Positions 35,793 through 46,712 of a stretch of 64,000 bases of DNA are shown in pieces. The notes below the pieces were generated by a model. That model was not told where the DNA came from, did no database searches, and saw nothing but the letters and a program-made list of their open reading frames with translations. Made by a program: the position numbers and the translations under genes. Source of the DNA: an uncultured virus (IMG/VR IMGVR_UViG_3300035424_000304) (Duplodnaviria > Heunggongvirae > Uroviricota > Caudoviricetes); the IMG/VR virus record IMGVR_UViG_3300035424_000304; one strand, 5' to 3'. Each line of letters starts with the position of its first letter. Within the stretch, counting starts at the first letter, position 1.

Positions 35793-36815
35793 ATGGCTGA
35801 GCAATTTGCCGCTTTTTCTGCCTGGGTTCAGATCAAGACCGGGACAGTCCCATACATATCCCTGCTTTCTATTCTACCGAAGGATATCTTCCAGTACATC
35901 CTCATCGGTACTGCCGCTATTCTTCTTCTGCTCATTACCCTCCTTCTGGTTGGGATTGGAAGGGGGATGAAGAAGGGGATGAGGCAGAGGGCGATCCGAA
36001 AAGCGTTTGGAGTTACTGACTTCAAAAAATTTCAGACTCGCCGCATGGGCCGCCCAGGGTCAAAATATTATACTGACAATGGCTCCAACTGCTTTGAAAT
36101 CGTTCTTCCTCACTGGAAGTTCGCTAATGAAGACGGCAGCAGACAGAATCGCCGAGTCAATAAAGTCATCTGGGAGGAGTGCCGTCTGTGGCTCCATGAC
36201 AGGCAAAAGACCTACGTTCTGACCACCAGCGACCCATACGACATGATTTATCTGGTCCATACTCTTCGGGATAGGGGTGTTGACGTTGCTCCCTGCGCCC
36301 AGGAACTGGATAAACAGGATCAGCTTGAAAAAGCGAAGAGAGACCCGGAGGTTGTTCTGGGTGAATTGCTGGAGAAATGCGAGGGGGAAGAAGATCGGTT
36401 TGCTGAAATCTGCCGCCAGCGCATGACTATCCGAGGCATGTCTCTCACTGACGCTCCGGGTAACAACAATGGCATCCAGTTCTTTTTCCGTAAGGACTCC
36501 CAGCCGGTCACCGTGCGCTGCCAGCTTGTTCCCAGGGATTATCTGGTTGGGATCGAGGAAATGAAAAGGGTGAGAGAGGGGGCATCGGCATTGTTTGCTC
36601 CTTCCTGCATGTATATTACAACTGGACAGGTGTCCGTGGCGGCGGCAGGGTTCGCTTTGACAAATGAAATCAATATCGTTGCCAATGACCAGTTAGTGGA
36701 GATACTGGAAGAGAATAAACCCGTCCCGTCGGACAAGGCATACACTCGCTGGGAGTTGACCAACGAGGATCTGAAGAATCTACTCTCTGAGGATTTGCTG
36801 TCCAGAATTTTCTGA
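35793..36815 (+). CDS. membrane-anchored protein with C-terminal Mrr-like restriction-endonuclease fold, probably catalytically degenerate
   Basis: N-terminal TM; C-terminal F.EIC..RM..RG...T...NNNGIQFF...VTVRCQ...VG..EM...YITTG.VS.AA..FA. Confidence 0.55.
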   Translation: MAEQFAAFSAWVQIKTGTVPYISLLSILPKDIFQYILIGTAAILLLLITLLLVGIGRGMKKGMRQRAIRKAFGVTDFKKFQTRRMGRPGSKYYTDNGSNCFEIVLPHWKFANEDGSRQNRRVNKVIWEECRLWLHDRQKTYVLTTSDPYDMIYLVHTLRDRGVDVAPCAQELDKQDQLEKAKRDPEVVLGELLEKCEGEEDRFAEICRQRMTIRGMSLTDAPGNNNGIQFFFRKDSQPVTVRCQLVPRDYLVGIEEMKRVREGASALFAPSCMYITTGQVSVAAAGFALTNEINIVANDQLVEILEENKPVPSDKAYTRWELTNEDLKNLLSEDLLSRIF

Positions 36816-36889
36816 TACGAGAGAGCGCTTCTAGGCGAGGCGCTCTCATCTCTTTCAGGGACTGAATTTCTGATATTCTTGGCAGAAAA

Positions 36890-37432
36890 ATGTCGATCAT
36901 AGGCGCTTACTGCGAGAAGGTAAAGAAATGCCTTGTGATGGAGGACCTTGATACCACAGGGTCCAAGTCCAGGCTTCGATACGGAAGCAAGCTCAGGAAC
37001 CGGAAAATTTCTTCGTTTGCGTACAAGAAAATGACTGAATCCATCAGAGCGCAGGGATACAAACGAAATTTCGCCGTATACAAGGTGCCTCCTGAGCATA
37101 CAAGCCAAATAGGAAAATTGAGATATATGCGGCAAATGGGCTTGTCTATCCATGAAGCCGCCTCCTATGTCATTGGCCTGGTCGGCATGGGGAAAACCGA
37201 GCTTCTTGGTTTGCCTCCGGAGCTGGAAGAGCTGCTTCCCGAATCTGCGCCGCAGGACCTGAAAAAGCGGTGGGCGATGGTGTCCCGCGCTTTCAAAAAT
37301 ATCAGAACTCATGCGTTCTATCAACGAGTTATTCCAGCCGACTGGAGCGGACGGAAGAAAAAAGGACTCAAGAATTATGCTGCCATGTTGAAGGAAAAGG
37401 ATGACTTGAGCCTAATTCCAAGCAAGGCTTAA
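36890..37432 (+). pseudogene. 5'-truncated IS200/IS605 TnpB-related gene (second family)
   Basis: VMEDL, SSFAYKK, VPPEHTSQIGK, GLSIHEAASYVIG; RuvC-I and N-terminal lobe absent. Confidence 0.7.
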
Positions 37433-37743
37433 TTGCTTACATACATCATCGTTTTAAGATTCACCCGCTTGAGCATATTAGTATTTTTTCACTGGCTCGT
37501 TCTTTACCGGACCGTTTACCGATTCAGTTGTATGATAAAGTAGGCGTCCGGATGGACGGAGGGCGAGCTGATTTAAGATTCATGCAGATTGGATTCCTGT
37601 CCCCTGGAGGGTTTTTGATTGCATGATGAATTCCGTAAGCTGGACTAATCGGGACTGCCTTCGAGGCAGGCCCCATTTGGGGAGGCTTTTTGCTTTCGGG
37701 CAATAAGAATCCCCAACCGACAAAGTCGGTCGGGGTTGTTCAA
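37433..37743 (+). mobile_element. omegaRNA region and right end of the second IS200/IS605 family
   Basis: Ends GAAT-hairpin(CCCCAACCGACAAAGTCGGTCGGGG)-TTGT-TCAA, the IS608-type right-end guide and cleavage tetramers. Confidence 0.7.
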
Positions 37744-37872
37744 GCCGGTCCCAAACAAACGGAGAGTGGAAGATTCTATGATGAAATTTTCCTACAGATA
37801 TTCAGCCTCTTGTGCAAAAAAAAAGGAGGGAAGCGCTTCGTAAAGAAACGCCTCCCCCAAAAAACGAGTTTG

Positions 37873-38934
37873 TTAGCAAGGATGAGGGCAAGTATCACAA
37901 TCGTACCGATGCCACGCTCCGGTATCGTCCTGATACATACAGTTGTCAGCTCCCCAGCAGGCAACGTAGTGCGCTAACGCTTCCGGGGAACCATCTTCCA
38001 GGTTGTCTACGGTATAAGAACCATCCTTTGCGGTTGCGACTCCAGTTCCGTGGCCGCGATCTTCGTCTGCATAGGACCAGGTAAAGTCTACATCCGGAAA
38101 ATCCTCGTGAAGGGCGGACATGATAGGAACAGGCTCGCTCCAAGCGGTTGAAAACCTAATCTCACGCTTTTCCCAATCCACACTTGTCTCGCTGGCATTC
38201 CACTTGGTGCCCCAATGTTCGCAACACCAGTCGTACCAATTCATGGCTCCGTACTTCTGGAGGTTTTCGTAGCTCTTCTGTCCCAGCCGAAACAGCCTGC
38301 TTCCATCTTCTGTCTCAATGTACTGCATCAGAGCCATGGGACTGAGCAATTCGCCCCAGCCGGAGTTCAGACTTTTCCTGATTCGCTTAGGAAATTGGGC
38401 GACGTCATACCCCTCTTGTCCCTTGAAATAATTCATCTCCGGAAGGAAGGGGTACCCCCAGTAGGAGTCCTTCTGCATCTTCAGCGTACCCTTTACAAGT
38501 TCCTTCAGCTTCTCCAACGCCTGCTCCGCAGTGGGAGAAATTTCCTTTCTGGGGGAAATCAGTGCGGCAATGGCGTCGTACTCCTGGCGGCAAGCTCTCC
38601 AGTCGCCCTCTGTGAAGACATCCTGGAATGTTATGGCGTCCAGAATTCGACTCTCCATCATCTCAGGGAATTTCAGGACGGCCTTGTACAGAATCACACC
38701 TTTGTCGGAGTCCGAACTGCTTTCGATATCGAGGTCTTTCGGTATGGGGATAAGCGCGTTAAAATCAAAATTGACATGATTACTCTCGCACGCCCGTCTT
38801 GCATTTGCGGCGGAGACAAATGCGTTTGATTTTTTCCGGCTATCCCTCCGCAGCATCTTCAACATGACCGCTTCGAACCTCTCCTGCGGGACATTCTGCC
38901 CGATTTGAATGATATTACGCGTCCAGTTAGGCAT
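37873..38934 (-). CDS. DUF1281/YubB-like protein
   Basis: MPNW.RN, FDFNALIPIP, NWYDWCCEHWGTKWNA, FSTAWSEPVP. Confidence 0.7.
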   Translation of the reverse strand: MPNWTRNIIQIGQNVPQERFEAVMLKMLRRDSRKKSNAFVSAANARRACESNHVNFDFNALIPIPKDLDIESSSDSDKGVILYKAVLKFPEMMESRILDAITFQDVFTEGDWRACRQEYDAIAALISPRKEISPTAEQALEKLKELVKGTLKMQKDSYWGYPFLPEMNYFKGQEGYDVAQFPKRIRKSLNSGWGELLSPMALMQYIETEDGSRLFRLGQKSYENLQKYGAMNWYDWCCEHWGTKWNASETSVDWEKREIRFSTAWSEPVPIMSALHEDFPDVDFTWSYADEDRGHGTGVATAKDGSYTVDNLEDGSPEALAHYVACWGADNCMYQDDTGAWHRYDCDTCPHPC

Positions 38935-39066
38935 AGTATATTCTCCTTTTTACATAAAAATCCTTTGTCATAAAGGTTAGAATATACTATGCGGTTACAT
39001 TAAAAATTATAAAACATACAAAAGCAATTTTATATGCGATATCTTATATAGTTGGAGTAAAAAATA

Positions 39067-39095
39067 TTGACGAATCGTAAAAAGTCCCATATAAT
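39067..39095 (+). promoter_or_regulatory. sigmaA-type promoter
   Basis: TTGACG-N17-TATAAT. Confidence 0.7.
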
Positions 39096-39143
39096 GAAGT
39101 AGAAAAAACTTTACATTTTTTAAGAAAAACAGGGGGTGCTTCT

Positions 39144-40091
39144 ATGGAATATAACAAGCCGGTTTCGAGCCTGAAGCCTGGTGACGATATTGAAGGGTTT
39201 TACATCCTGAAGAATGCGGCGAGCAAAACATCCTCTTCAGGAAAGCCTTTTTTATCTGGGTCTCTTTCTGATAAAACGGGCAGCATTGATCTGAAAATCT
39301 GGGACTATCCAGGCCCGATTTCCTCCACGAATGAAGGCTCTGTTGTGAAAATCCGAGGAAATGTGGATTCTTACAGAGGTTCACCGCAACTGGTAGCATC
39401 AAGGATAAGGCTGATACAGGAAGGAGATCGCTTTGATCCTGCCGCCCTTGTTCCCGTTGCTCCTATTGACGCAGATGCGGCCTGGACGGAGCTTTTGGCT
39501 GCAACTGCCGCTATCCCTGACAAGGATTACCGAGACATCTGCCGGTGGATGATTGAAAAGTATGGAGAAAAATTCCGGGCTTTGCCTGGAGGGAAGAGCG
39601 TCCATCACAGCTTTTTAAACGGGCTTCTGATGCACACGCTATTCATGGCCCGTACGGCGCAGACAATGGCAGACTTGTATGTGGGAGTTGTAGACCGAAG
39701 TCTTCTGGTTGCAGGAACCATTCTTCACGACTTTGCTAAGTGCGAAGAGTTTGAAATCTCTAATATGGGGCTAGTTACTGATTACTCTGTAAAGGGACAG
39801 CTTCTGGGGCATTTGGTCATGGGCGCCCAAGCAGTTGCGCAGGCGGGGAGAGAAGTGGGTGTGCCGGAGGAGAAGTCCGTGCTGCTCCAGCACATGATAC
39901 TCTCTCACCATGGTGAACCCGAATTTGGCGCAGCTGTCCGCCCCATGTGTGCAGAGAGTGAATTGCTGCACATCATCGACCTCATGGACAGCCGCATGGA
40001 GATTTACCGGGAGACGCTGGGGGAGATGGAGAGCGGGACATTCTCGCAGAGGATTTTTGCCTTGGGCAAGAAGGTATATAAGCATCAATAG
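39144..40091 (+). CDS. yhaM: YhaM/Cbf1-like 3'-5' exoribonuclease (OB + HD)
   Basis: LSDKTGSI..KIW OB fold; HHSFLNGLLMHT, ILHDFAK, GQLLGH, HMILSHHG. Confidence 0.85.
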   Translation: MEYNKPVSSLKPGDDIEGFYILKNAASKTSSSGKPFLSGSLSDKTGSIDLKIWDYPGPISSTNEGSVVKIRGNVDSYRGSPQLVASRIRLIQEGDRFDPAALVPVAPIDADAAWTELLAATAAIPDKDYRDICRWMIEKYGEKFRALPGGKSVHHSFLNGLLMHTLFMARTAQTMADLYVGVVDRSLLVAGTILHDFAKCEEFEISNMGLVTDYSVKGQLLGHLVMGAQAVAQAGREVGVPEEKSVLLQHMILSHHGEPEFGAAVRPMCAESELLHIIDLMDSRMEIYRETLGEMESGTFSQRIFALGKKVYKHQ

Positions 40092-40135
40092 CCTCGTCAG
40101 AGTCAAACCCATATAAATGCCAAGAGGAGGTTTTT

Positions 40136-40561
40136 ATGAAACACAAATGTGCAGCCGCAATATTTACCCTTTTTGCAGTTCTGGCTTCGAACATCATGTG
40201 TGTTACGGTTACTGCTGGATACCGCGATTTGCTGTGGGGTGGAAAATACGCCGGTTCTAGCGCTCCGCCAAGCACAGCATTCATATTCGCAATCCCCTAT
40301 TTGCTTGGAATCCTTTTATTTCTTGCGATAGCCAGTCTTTGTCGAAGAAAAGACGCCGACATTAGAAGAAAGGTTGAGGGGAAGGATTGGAAAGAGGTCT
40401 TCCGAAAAGCAGCGCCGTTGGTAGAGGACTATTTATCGGAACATCCTCGTTCGGATGAACTCGTATTTATCCAGAGCATCTGCCGCACTTGCGATATCAG
40501 CCGGGACGATGCTCTGTGGGTAATTAGGGAAATCCGGAGAGGAAAATCTGCACCAGCATAA
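40136..40561 (+). CDS. hypothetical membrane protein
   Basis: Two TMs; GAGGAGG RBS. Confidence 0.6.
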   Translation: MKHKCAAAIFTLFAVLASNIMCVTVTAGYRDLLWGGKYAGSSAPPSTAFIFAIPYLLGILLFLAIASLCRRKDADIRRKVEGKDWKEVFRKAAPLVEDYLSEHPRSDELVFIQSICRTCDISRDDALWVIREIRRGKSAPA

Positions 40562-40781
40562 TTGCAGCTCTAACTGTCTCCCGGGATGAGTGATGGGGAT
40601 GGACGCAAGGAAGAGTGTCTAGGGCCGGCATGAAGAGCTTCGCCGCCTGCTTTCAAAGGAACATGTACAGCTTTTTCTGAGGGACTTGATATTTTTGTGC
40701 AGAACCGCATAATATAAGAAAAATGAGATGAGATGCTGACTGAGCAATAGGCTCAAAAAGGGAGAAAGAGGAGGAATCGAG

Positions 40782-41108
40782 ATGAACATTGAGAGAAAAG
40801 AGTATCTGATTGCAGATGGAATCGGCGAAGTCAAGTTTATCGGAACGAATTACATCGTTTCTATGATGATAGATGATGGCAAGATGCGAATCGGCACTAT
40901 GGAGTACCACAAGCCTCTCTGCGCCCCCAGCGCCAAAATTGTGTCTGATGGAACAACTGTCTGCATTGACCTTGACTTCAATCTTGTCCCTGTGACCACC
41001 GAGAACTGGGGAGAGGTCAAGAGACTGACGGACGGGATGATGGAATTCTATAAGGAGTTCCTAAAGCAGTTTGGCCGTGAGCTGCTGGACTCTCCGACAA
41101 ACGCATAA
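40782..41108 (+). CDS. hypothetical protein
   Basis: 108 aa; GAGGAGG RBS; motif promoter at 40688. Confidence 0.65.
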   Translation: MNIERKEYLIADGIGEVKFIGTNYIVSMMIDDGKMRIGTMEYHKPLCAPSAKIVSDGTTVCIDLDFNLVPVTTENWGEVKRLTDGMMEFYKEFLKQFGRELLDSPTNA

Positions 41109-41248
41109 ATTTAGCCGCTTTCCTAATGGGGAGAGCGGCTTTTTCCTTTGCCTGAAAGACGAGTTTCAATTCTGACATTTATAATTTTGCTGGATTGCGC
41201 ATATAACGGGCTGTTCCTAAGAAATAGAACTCCAAAGGAGGGACTCAA

Positions 41249-42088
41249 GTGAATTATATACAAACAAGAAATAGGAGCAGCATTCGCATCCTTGCGGCAT
41301 TCCTTGCCGCTTTTCTCCTCGTCCTGATGCTTTTCTCGACCACCGCCCATGCGGATTTTGACTCTGCTGCCTGTAATTACTTGCAGATTTCCTTTATGCA
41401 GGTCCAGCAGAACAACCTATCGACCCAGCTTGCGCTGAATGAGGGCCTGTACTACAAGTCCCCCAATCTTGGCGGCGTTTACGCCCATGTAATGGATGTC
41501 GCTGGCGATGACGGACAGGTTGGCATCGGCTTTTGCGGGAACCATGCTAAAGCCCTGAATTCACGACAAGTTCGCAATGATACCTGGACATACGCCGGAC
41601 TCTGGACTCCCGGCGGCTCAGCTCCGTTCCTTGATTATTACTACGCAACCAACTTCGAGAGCGATCTCATCCGGGCTGAAAATCCAGGACAGACAGAGGA
41701 GTGGTATGCTGGGGCGCTGAATACGGAAGAGTGGGGCTATGCCAAATACTGCACCGCCAGCCAAAGGTATACGCTGAACACAGCCGTCCAGCTTGCGGTC
41801 TGGCTCGACCGAACCGGCGTGCTGGGAAATCTGCCCTCTGCCGGCACCTATGCAAACGGCTGGGGAGCAGTAAAAGAGACAGCATGGTATAAGTTCATGA
41901 TGTCTGAGCTAAAAACTTTGTTCAAGGCTATGGGCGACAAGAACGCTTCCGTGACTGCGGACAATATGCTTCAGGCTGTTCTGGGAAGGTTCTACACCCA
42001 AGATCGTGAGAGCGATATCCTGGTCTACGAATACCTGCATTCTGCGAAGCCCGATTACAGAATAGCCGCGAGAAAGCCCACTCCGTAA
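41249..42088 (+). pseudogene. thioester-domain surface protein N-terminus interrupted by the tnpB insertion
   Basis: Signal peptide AHA-D, GFCGNH and TAVQLAVW motifs; the last residues RIAARKPTP are read from the IS left end after TTAC at 42055-42058. Confidence 0.7.
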
Positions 42089-43259
42089 GGGGTGGGAGGA
42101 AAGCGGCAACTGGGAATGGACTAGGAAAAGAAAGGGAATGAATTAGAGACAACTCAAAAAGTTCAGTACAAAGTCTTGATGTTTTCCCGAATAATAGCAT
42201 AATATAGAATATCTTTTCCAAGGAAGGAGGTTTTCTTATGAGTTCATGGAATAAGACAGCAGCGACTGGAGAGCGGTGTGTCATAGAATTGCCACTGAGC
42301 TATTCCAGACATCAGCATGATACATTGGATAAGATGTTTCGCATCGCAAACAACATGAAAAACAATCTCATAGCCTGGTATTCCCGTCAGCTAACTGAGA
42401 TGATGCGCACTCGCATCTGGAGGAGTAACCAGAAAGCGTTAGCAGATCTTTATTCTGAATATGTCGATGAGGTTGAGACACTGGAAAAGCTTCAAGAGAA
42501 AATCTCCCGGAAAAAGAAAAATGCTGGGAAGAAAAAAGCGGTTCATCTTTTCGGTAAGGATGAACAGCAGCTGGCATATCTTCAATCAAGGGTGGATGAA
42601 TTCACAGAGAAGAAAAAGGCCCTATGTGTGCTTCGCAACGAGATAATTCGCAGGTATGGATTTTCTAAGTCTGATTTCGAAAAGCAGATGAAGAAATATC
42701 GGAAGAGCTATCAAACCTTGATTGGCAGCACTGTTGCCCAGAAAATCGCTGACTCCGTATGGGCCATGTTTGATGCAAAGCTGTACAGAAACGGAAAAGA
42801 TATTTCTTTTTCCCCCTTCGCTCAATTTGCTGCCATTGAGGGAAAAAGCAACAAGACGAATATCGTTTTTGATAAGGAGAAAATGGCTGTAACCCTTGGC
42901 GGCGGCTCCAACAAGCTTTGTATTCGTGTTAAACGGAGCCGCAAGAATCCATATGGCTACGAAAAAGATGCTCTCAGCCGGCGGGTGTGCTATTGCCGCA
43001 TCATCAGAAAAACGTATCCAGAAGGCTGGAGATATTTTCTTCAGCTGGTTCTGGAGGGGCCTCCTCCTGTAAAGGTCAAACCGGAAACCGGAGAGCTGCT
43101 TCATATCATGGGCAAAGGCTGCGTTGGTCTTGACGTAGGTCCTCAGACCTTGGCGTTCAGCGCCAATAAAGACGTCGGTTTGGAAGAATTGGCGGAGGGG
43201 GTACAGCTTGCCCAGGATGAAATCCGCCGTATCAAAAGATCCATGGATCGTTCAAGAAA
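42059..43259 (+). mobile_element. IS200/IS605 tnpB-only element, copy 2, 3'-truncated
   Basis: Near-identical to the reverse complement of about 899-2099; identity stops after CGTTCAAGAAA. Confidence 0.9.
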
Positions 43260-43311
43260 TGGCTATCACGCGGAGGTAGAATTATTTTTTGAAAAAAGCA
43301 CCGGTGGTTGA
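42238..43311 (+). pseudogene. tnpB: truncated TnpB lacking RuvC-II and RuvC-III
   Basis: Matches copy 1 up to SMDRSR, then an unrelated 17-aa tail. Confidence 0.85.
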
Positions 43312-43461
43312 AAGCACTACGCTTCTAACCACCGGTGTTATTTGTATTTCCATCAGGACTCTTATATTTTTTTTAATTTACGCATAGAACCACTCAAGAT
43401 TTGTTGAGGCTGTAATCAAAAGGCGGCGTTCGCTGTAGACGCAAAAAAATTAAAAGGAGCG

Positions 43462-43992
43462 ATGAAAATGTACATCAACAGTCACATCGAGAATAATCAG
43501 AACCTGACCCCTTACCTGTCCCGGCTGGAGAGTATTCTGCGCATGGATGAGTTTTTTGCAAAACTCCGCGCAGATGAAAAACTCGACCCGGAAAACTTCC
43601 AAGTCCGTGAGACCTGGCTTCGTGTGGATGACTGGATGCAGGAGTACTTGGTCGTCTTCGGTCGCCACTTCTTCATCCGGGCATGGCAACGGATTTGGAT
43701 GGTGGACGATATCATGAAAGAGGTCATGCGTCAGCTCTCCAATAATGCCGTTTTGGAAGCTGTCACCAGACACCCTCTTTACTGGGAAGACGGGAAAATC
43801 GTAGGGAATGACGGAGATAGGATCAACTCAGTTGCAGTCATAGAGGAAGAGGTCCCGTTTGTTTGCATCTATGAGTGCGGACAGGGTTATATTTATCCCC
43901 GTACTATCCTGCAGAAGAGTCCCAATATGTTCTTCTGCAATAGCACTGCCGTTGTTGTGGTTGACAATTCCGGAAACATCACTTACAAGTGA
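43462..43992 (+). CDS. hypothetical protein
   Basis: 176 aa; AAGGAG RBS; motif promoter at 43363. Confidence 0.65.
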   Translation: MKMYINSHIENNQNLTPYLSRLESILRMDEFFAKLRADEKLDPENFQVRETWLRVDDWMQEYLVVFGRHFFIRAWQRIWMVDDIMKEVMRQLSNNAVLEAVTRHPLYWEDGKIVGNDGDRINSVAVIEEEVPFVCIYECGQGYIYPRTILQKSPNMFFCNSTAVVVVDNSGNITYK

Positions 43993-44612
43993 GAAACAAC
44001 AAGTGCCACCCATTAGGGTAGTATTCGTAAGACAATTATGGTTTTGCCAGCAACGGAACGAAACAGCCCTGACTGGGACAAACCAGAGTGCAAAAGCGGC
44101 GTGAACAAGCCACGCCACACTTTGACCAGCTCAGTCAAAGTCGGGTCGCTTGGGGAGAGGTTCGAAAAGCACTGGATGAGCCCACGATAGAAAGCTACGA
44201 AAACGCAGTTAATCGGGCATTTGCCGATTATGAAGCCCTTTTAAAAGACTACTTCTGGTCATTAGGGCTTATCAGCGCTGTCGAGAAACATCTGTATGTC
44301 GGAGACGGTTCGGGGCAGCAACAAAATACCCCAGCGCGCTCATTGCAGCCGAGGACAAACTCACGTAGGTATGTAATCAATATTCAGAGTTGCTGAACGC
44401 AGAAAGCAAAGAAAAATTTGATGATTATTTTCATCAGAGAAAAGTTGCTGTGGATATGGTTGGCGCCTACTGCTGCCGGCATGGTATGGATTTTATGAAT
44501 GCAGCGTTGACGCGAGCTGGGTTAAATAATGGGCAGAATGGTGAAGCAGTTTCTCATTCTGCATTATAAAACTGGATCAGTCCGCCTGGAATAACAGAAA
44601 GGGGAAATAAAG

Positions 44613-45803
44613 ATGGCAATATGTTTGTTTTTCGGACACGACGATGTCTACGATCCAGATATAGATAATATGCTGCAATCAGCGGTTGAAAAGGTGGTAG
44701 ATGAAAACGAAACGGTTGAGTTTCTTGTCTATCAGCATGGCCGCTTCTACAATCGCTGCTTTCTGGCTGCGCTGAAGGCGAGATCCCGTTACCCAGGAAA
44801 AGTCACCATTACCATCGCTCTGCACAAAGAATATTTCGAAGGTCGTGGAGTGTATGCGTGGTATAAGTATAGTTGGATTCCTTTTTGTGTGGTTGACAAG
44901 GTCATTATCCTCCCAGTAGATGAGTTCGATGCAACGCTGTCTTACAGGTGGATGATACGATGGCTTTTGGCACGTTCCACCCATTTAATAAGCTACCTGT
45001 ACAGGGGTTTATTGGGGATAGAGAATCGCCTCTTTGATCGGGCGGAGACTATGCCCGCTTTGACCATAATTGATATATCCTGCCCGGAAACTGCGCAGGC
45101 CATTACGGAGCGTGTCTGGCATATCCCTGACCGGGAACGCTTAGTCTATCAGGCCATATCTGCGGGTCATGAGTGTCAGCATCTCGCTGAGCAGATGGGA
45201 ATAAGCAGGAGTAGAGTATTCCAAATTTTATCAAATGGATGCCGCAGAATCGCCGAACACCTAAACTGGCGGTATCTGAAGACGTTGTATACGGACAAAG
45301 AAAAGCGGTCATGCAGTATTTTCTTTGTGAATCAGATCACAACGGATACTTTGGAAAATTTTAACGCCATCATTGATTTTTTGATCGAAATATTCGAAGT
45401 CAGAAATTTCTATATCGAAGCGTCCCACTCCCATTCCGTGTTGGTAACGCAAATTAAACGGCATTCAATACCCGACAGTCCACTCCGCATACTGGCGGTT
45501 ATTGATGGAGCAGGCTCTGATACTGAAGATGATGCAGAATTGGAAATGGAAAATATCATGACAAGGGCCTGTCCTCCATGTGATGCTGCAGTGTGTATCG
45601 ACCATGCAGACAGCAGCTTGGCAGGACCCTTGGGAGTCATTCCGGATATGATTGACCTATCTGACTTCTGTATCTGTGATTTCTCCGAAATCCCGCCCCA
45701 GGTGAATCTGCAAAAGTATATTACCAGATCAAAAGGTACGATATTGTTAGATGTGAATAAAGCCTGTACTGAGATTGAATGGCCAGATGACCTGGATGTG
45801 TGA
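44613..45803 (+). CDS. hypothetical protein: SLOG/DUF1273-like N-terminus and central sigma4-like HTH
   Basis: ICLFFGH..VEFLV..G.F; IPDRERLVY...G......AEQMGISRSRVFQI. Confidence 0.5.
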   Translation: MAICLFFGHDDVYDPDIDNMLQSAVEKVVDENETVEFLVYQHGRFYNRCFLAALKARSRYPGKVTITIALHKEYFEGRGVYAWYKYSWIPFCVVDKVIILPVDEFDATLSYRWMIRWLLARSTHLISYLYRGLLGIENRLFDRAETMPALTIIDISCPETAQAITERVWHIPDRERLVYQAISAGHECQHLAEQMGISRSRVFQILSNGCRRIAEHLNWRYLKTLYTDKEKRSCSIFFVNQITTDTLENFNAIIDFLIEIFEVRNFYIEASHSHSVLVTQIKRHSIPDSPLRILAVIDGAGSDTEDDAELEMENIMTRACPPCDAAVCIDHADSSLAGPLGVIPDMIDLSDFCICDFSEIPPQVNLQKYITRSKGTILLDVNKACTEIEWPDDLDV

Positions 45804-45898
45804 TCTGGCGGCCCACCTCACAGGTCAAATTGCCCCCGCAATATCCAAACAATGAACCGCACCCCGTCAAGAGGACAGAGAAAAAATATAAAGATTTT

Positions 45899-46132
45899 TC
45901 ACAGTGCGGCAGGTATGCCGCGCTGTGGCAACCGGAGATTCGGGTAGTCTGCTGGCGCAGGCAACCCGAATTTCCGGTTTTTGTTAGGCGGCGAGGCAAA
46001 GCTCGTGTTTCTCCATGGGGTCAGGATGCCGAGGTTTCGCTGAACCCGGCGGGTATTGTAGTAATGGATATAGCCATCAATAAAGTTGGTGTGGTCCAGT
46101 TTCACAGACAATTCAAAACCAACAAAATACAA
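45899..46132 (-). pseudogene. IS3-family transposase C-terminal remnant
   Basis: FIDGYIHYYNTRRVQRNLGILTP is the characteristic IS3/IS150 integrase-core tail. Confidence 0.65.
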
Positions 46133-46178
46133 AGAACCCCCGACAAGCCAACAATGGCATTGCCGGGGGCTTCTATTT

Positions 46179-46544
46179 TTAAACTATGTTGCTCGTAATC
46201 ACCTGAAGTAGCCCATCTTCTGTGCGGATGAAAGTTGTTTTTGTCATCTGCCCTTCAGCCTCTCCCCTACCCTCCTCTACCGCCTGCTCGATGGCAGCCC
46301 GGCAGTTTTGCAGGTAGAAGATTTGCTCAGAAATCATCTTCTGGCGGACAATCTCGTCCTGAAAACCTTCGTAGCTGGGATTAGCGTAACTCTTGCAGAC
46401 GGAGTGCTTGAGCTTATTCACGAAAACTTCAACCTTGTTAAGATAGATTTCTCTAAGTGCATCAGCAGAAGCCGGCTCCTTGGGGACTATTGTGTTTTTA
46501 ATCTTAATGGGTTCGTTGCGAATGACATCAACATCCATTTGCAA
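46179..46544 (-). CDS. hypothetical protein
   Basis: 121 aa; GAGGAGG RBS; motif promoter at 46575-46598. Confidence 0.6.
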   Translation of the reverse strand: MQMDVDVIRNEPIKIKNTIVPKEPASADALREIYLNKVEVFVNKLKHSVCKSYANPSYEGFQDEIVRQKMISEQIFYLQNCRAAIEQAVEEGRGEAEGQMTKTTFIRTEDGLLQVITSNIV

Positions 46545-46712
46545 TGACCTCCTCTGTTTTGATTTAGTATATGCTATGCGGTTAGCATGAAAAATATCGA
46601 AAACTTTGGGGGAATCTTTATTTTTATTATATTTTTTTTGAGTCCGTAAGTCAAGCCTCTGGAAGAGAAAAAGAAAGAACCCCTCGCCCGGTTGGGACGA
46701 GGGGATGAAATG

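Noticed and set aside
44088..44396. 102-aa ORF
   Set aside because: No RBS or motif support; may be a gene fragment
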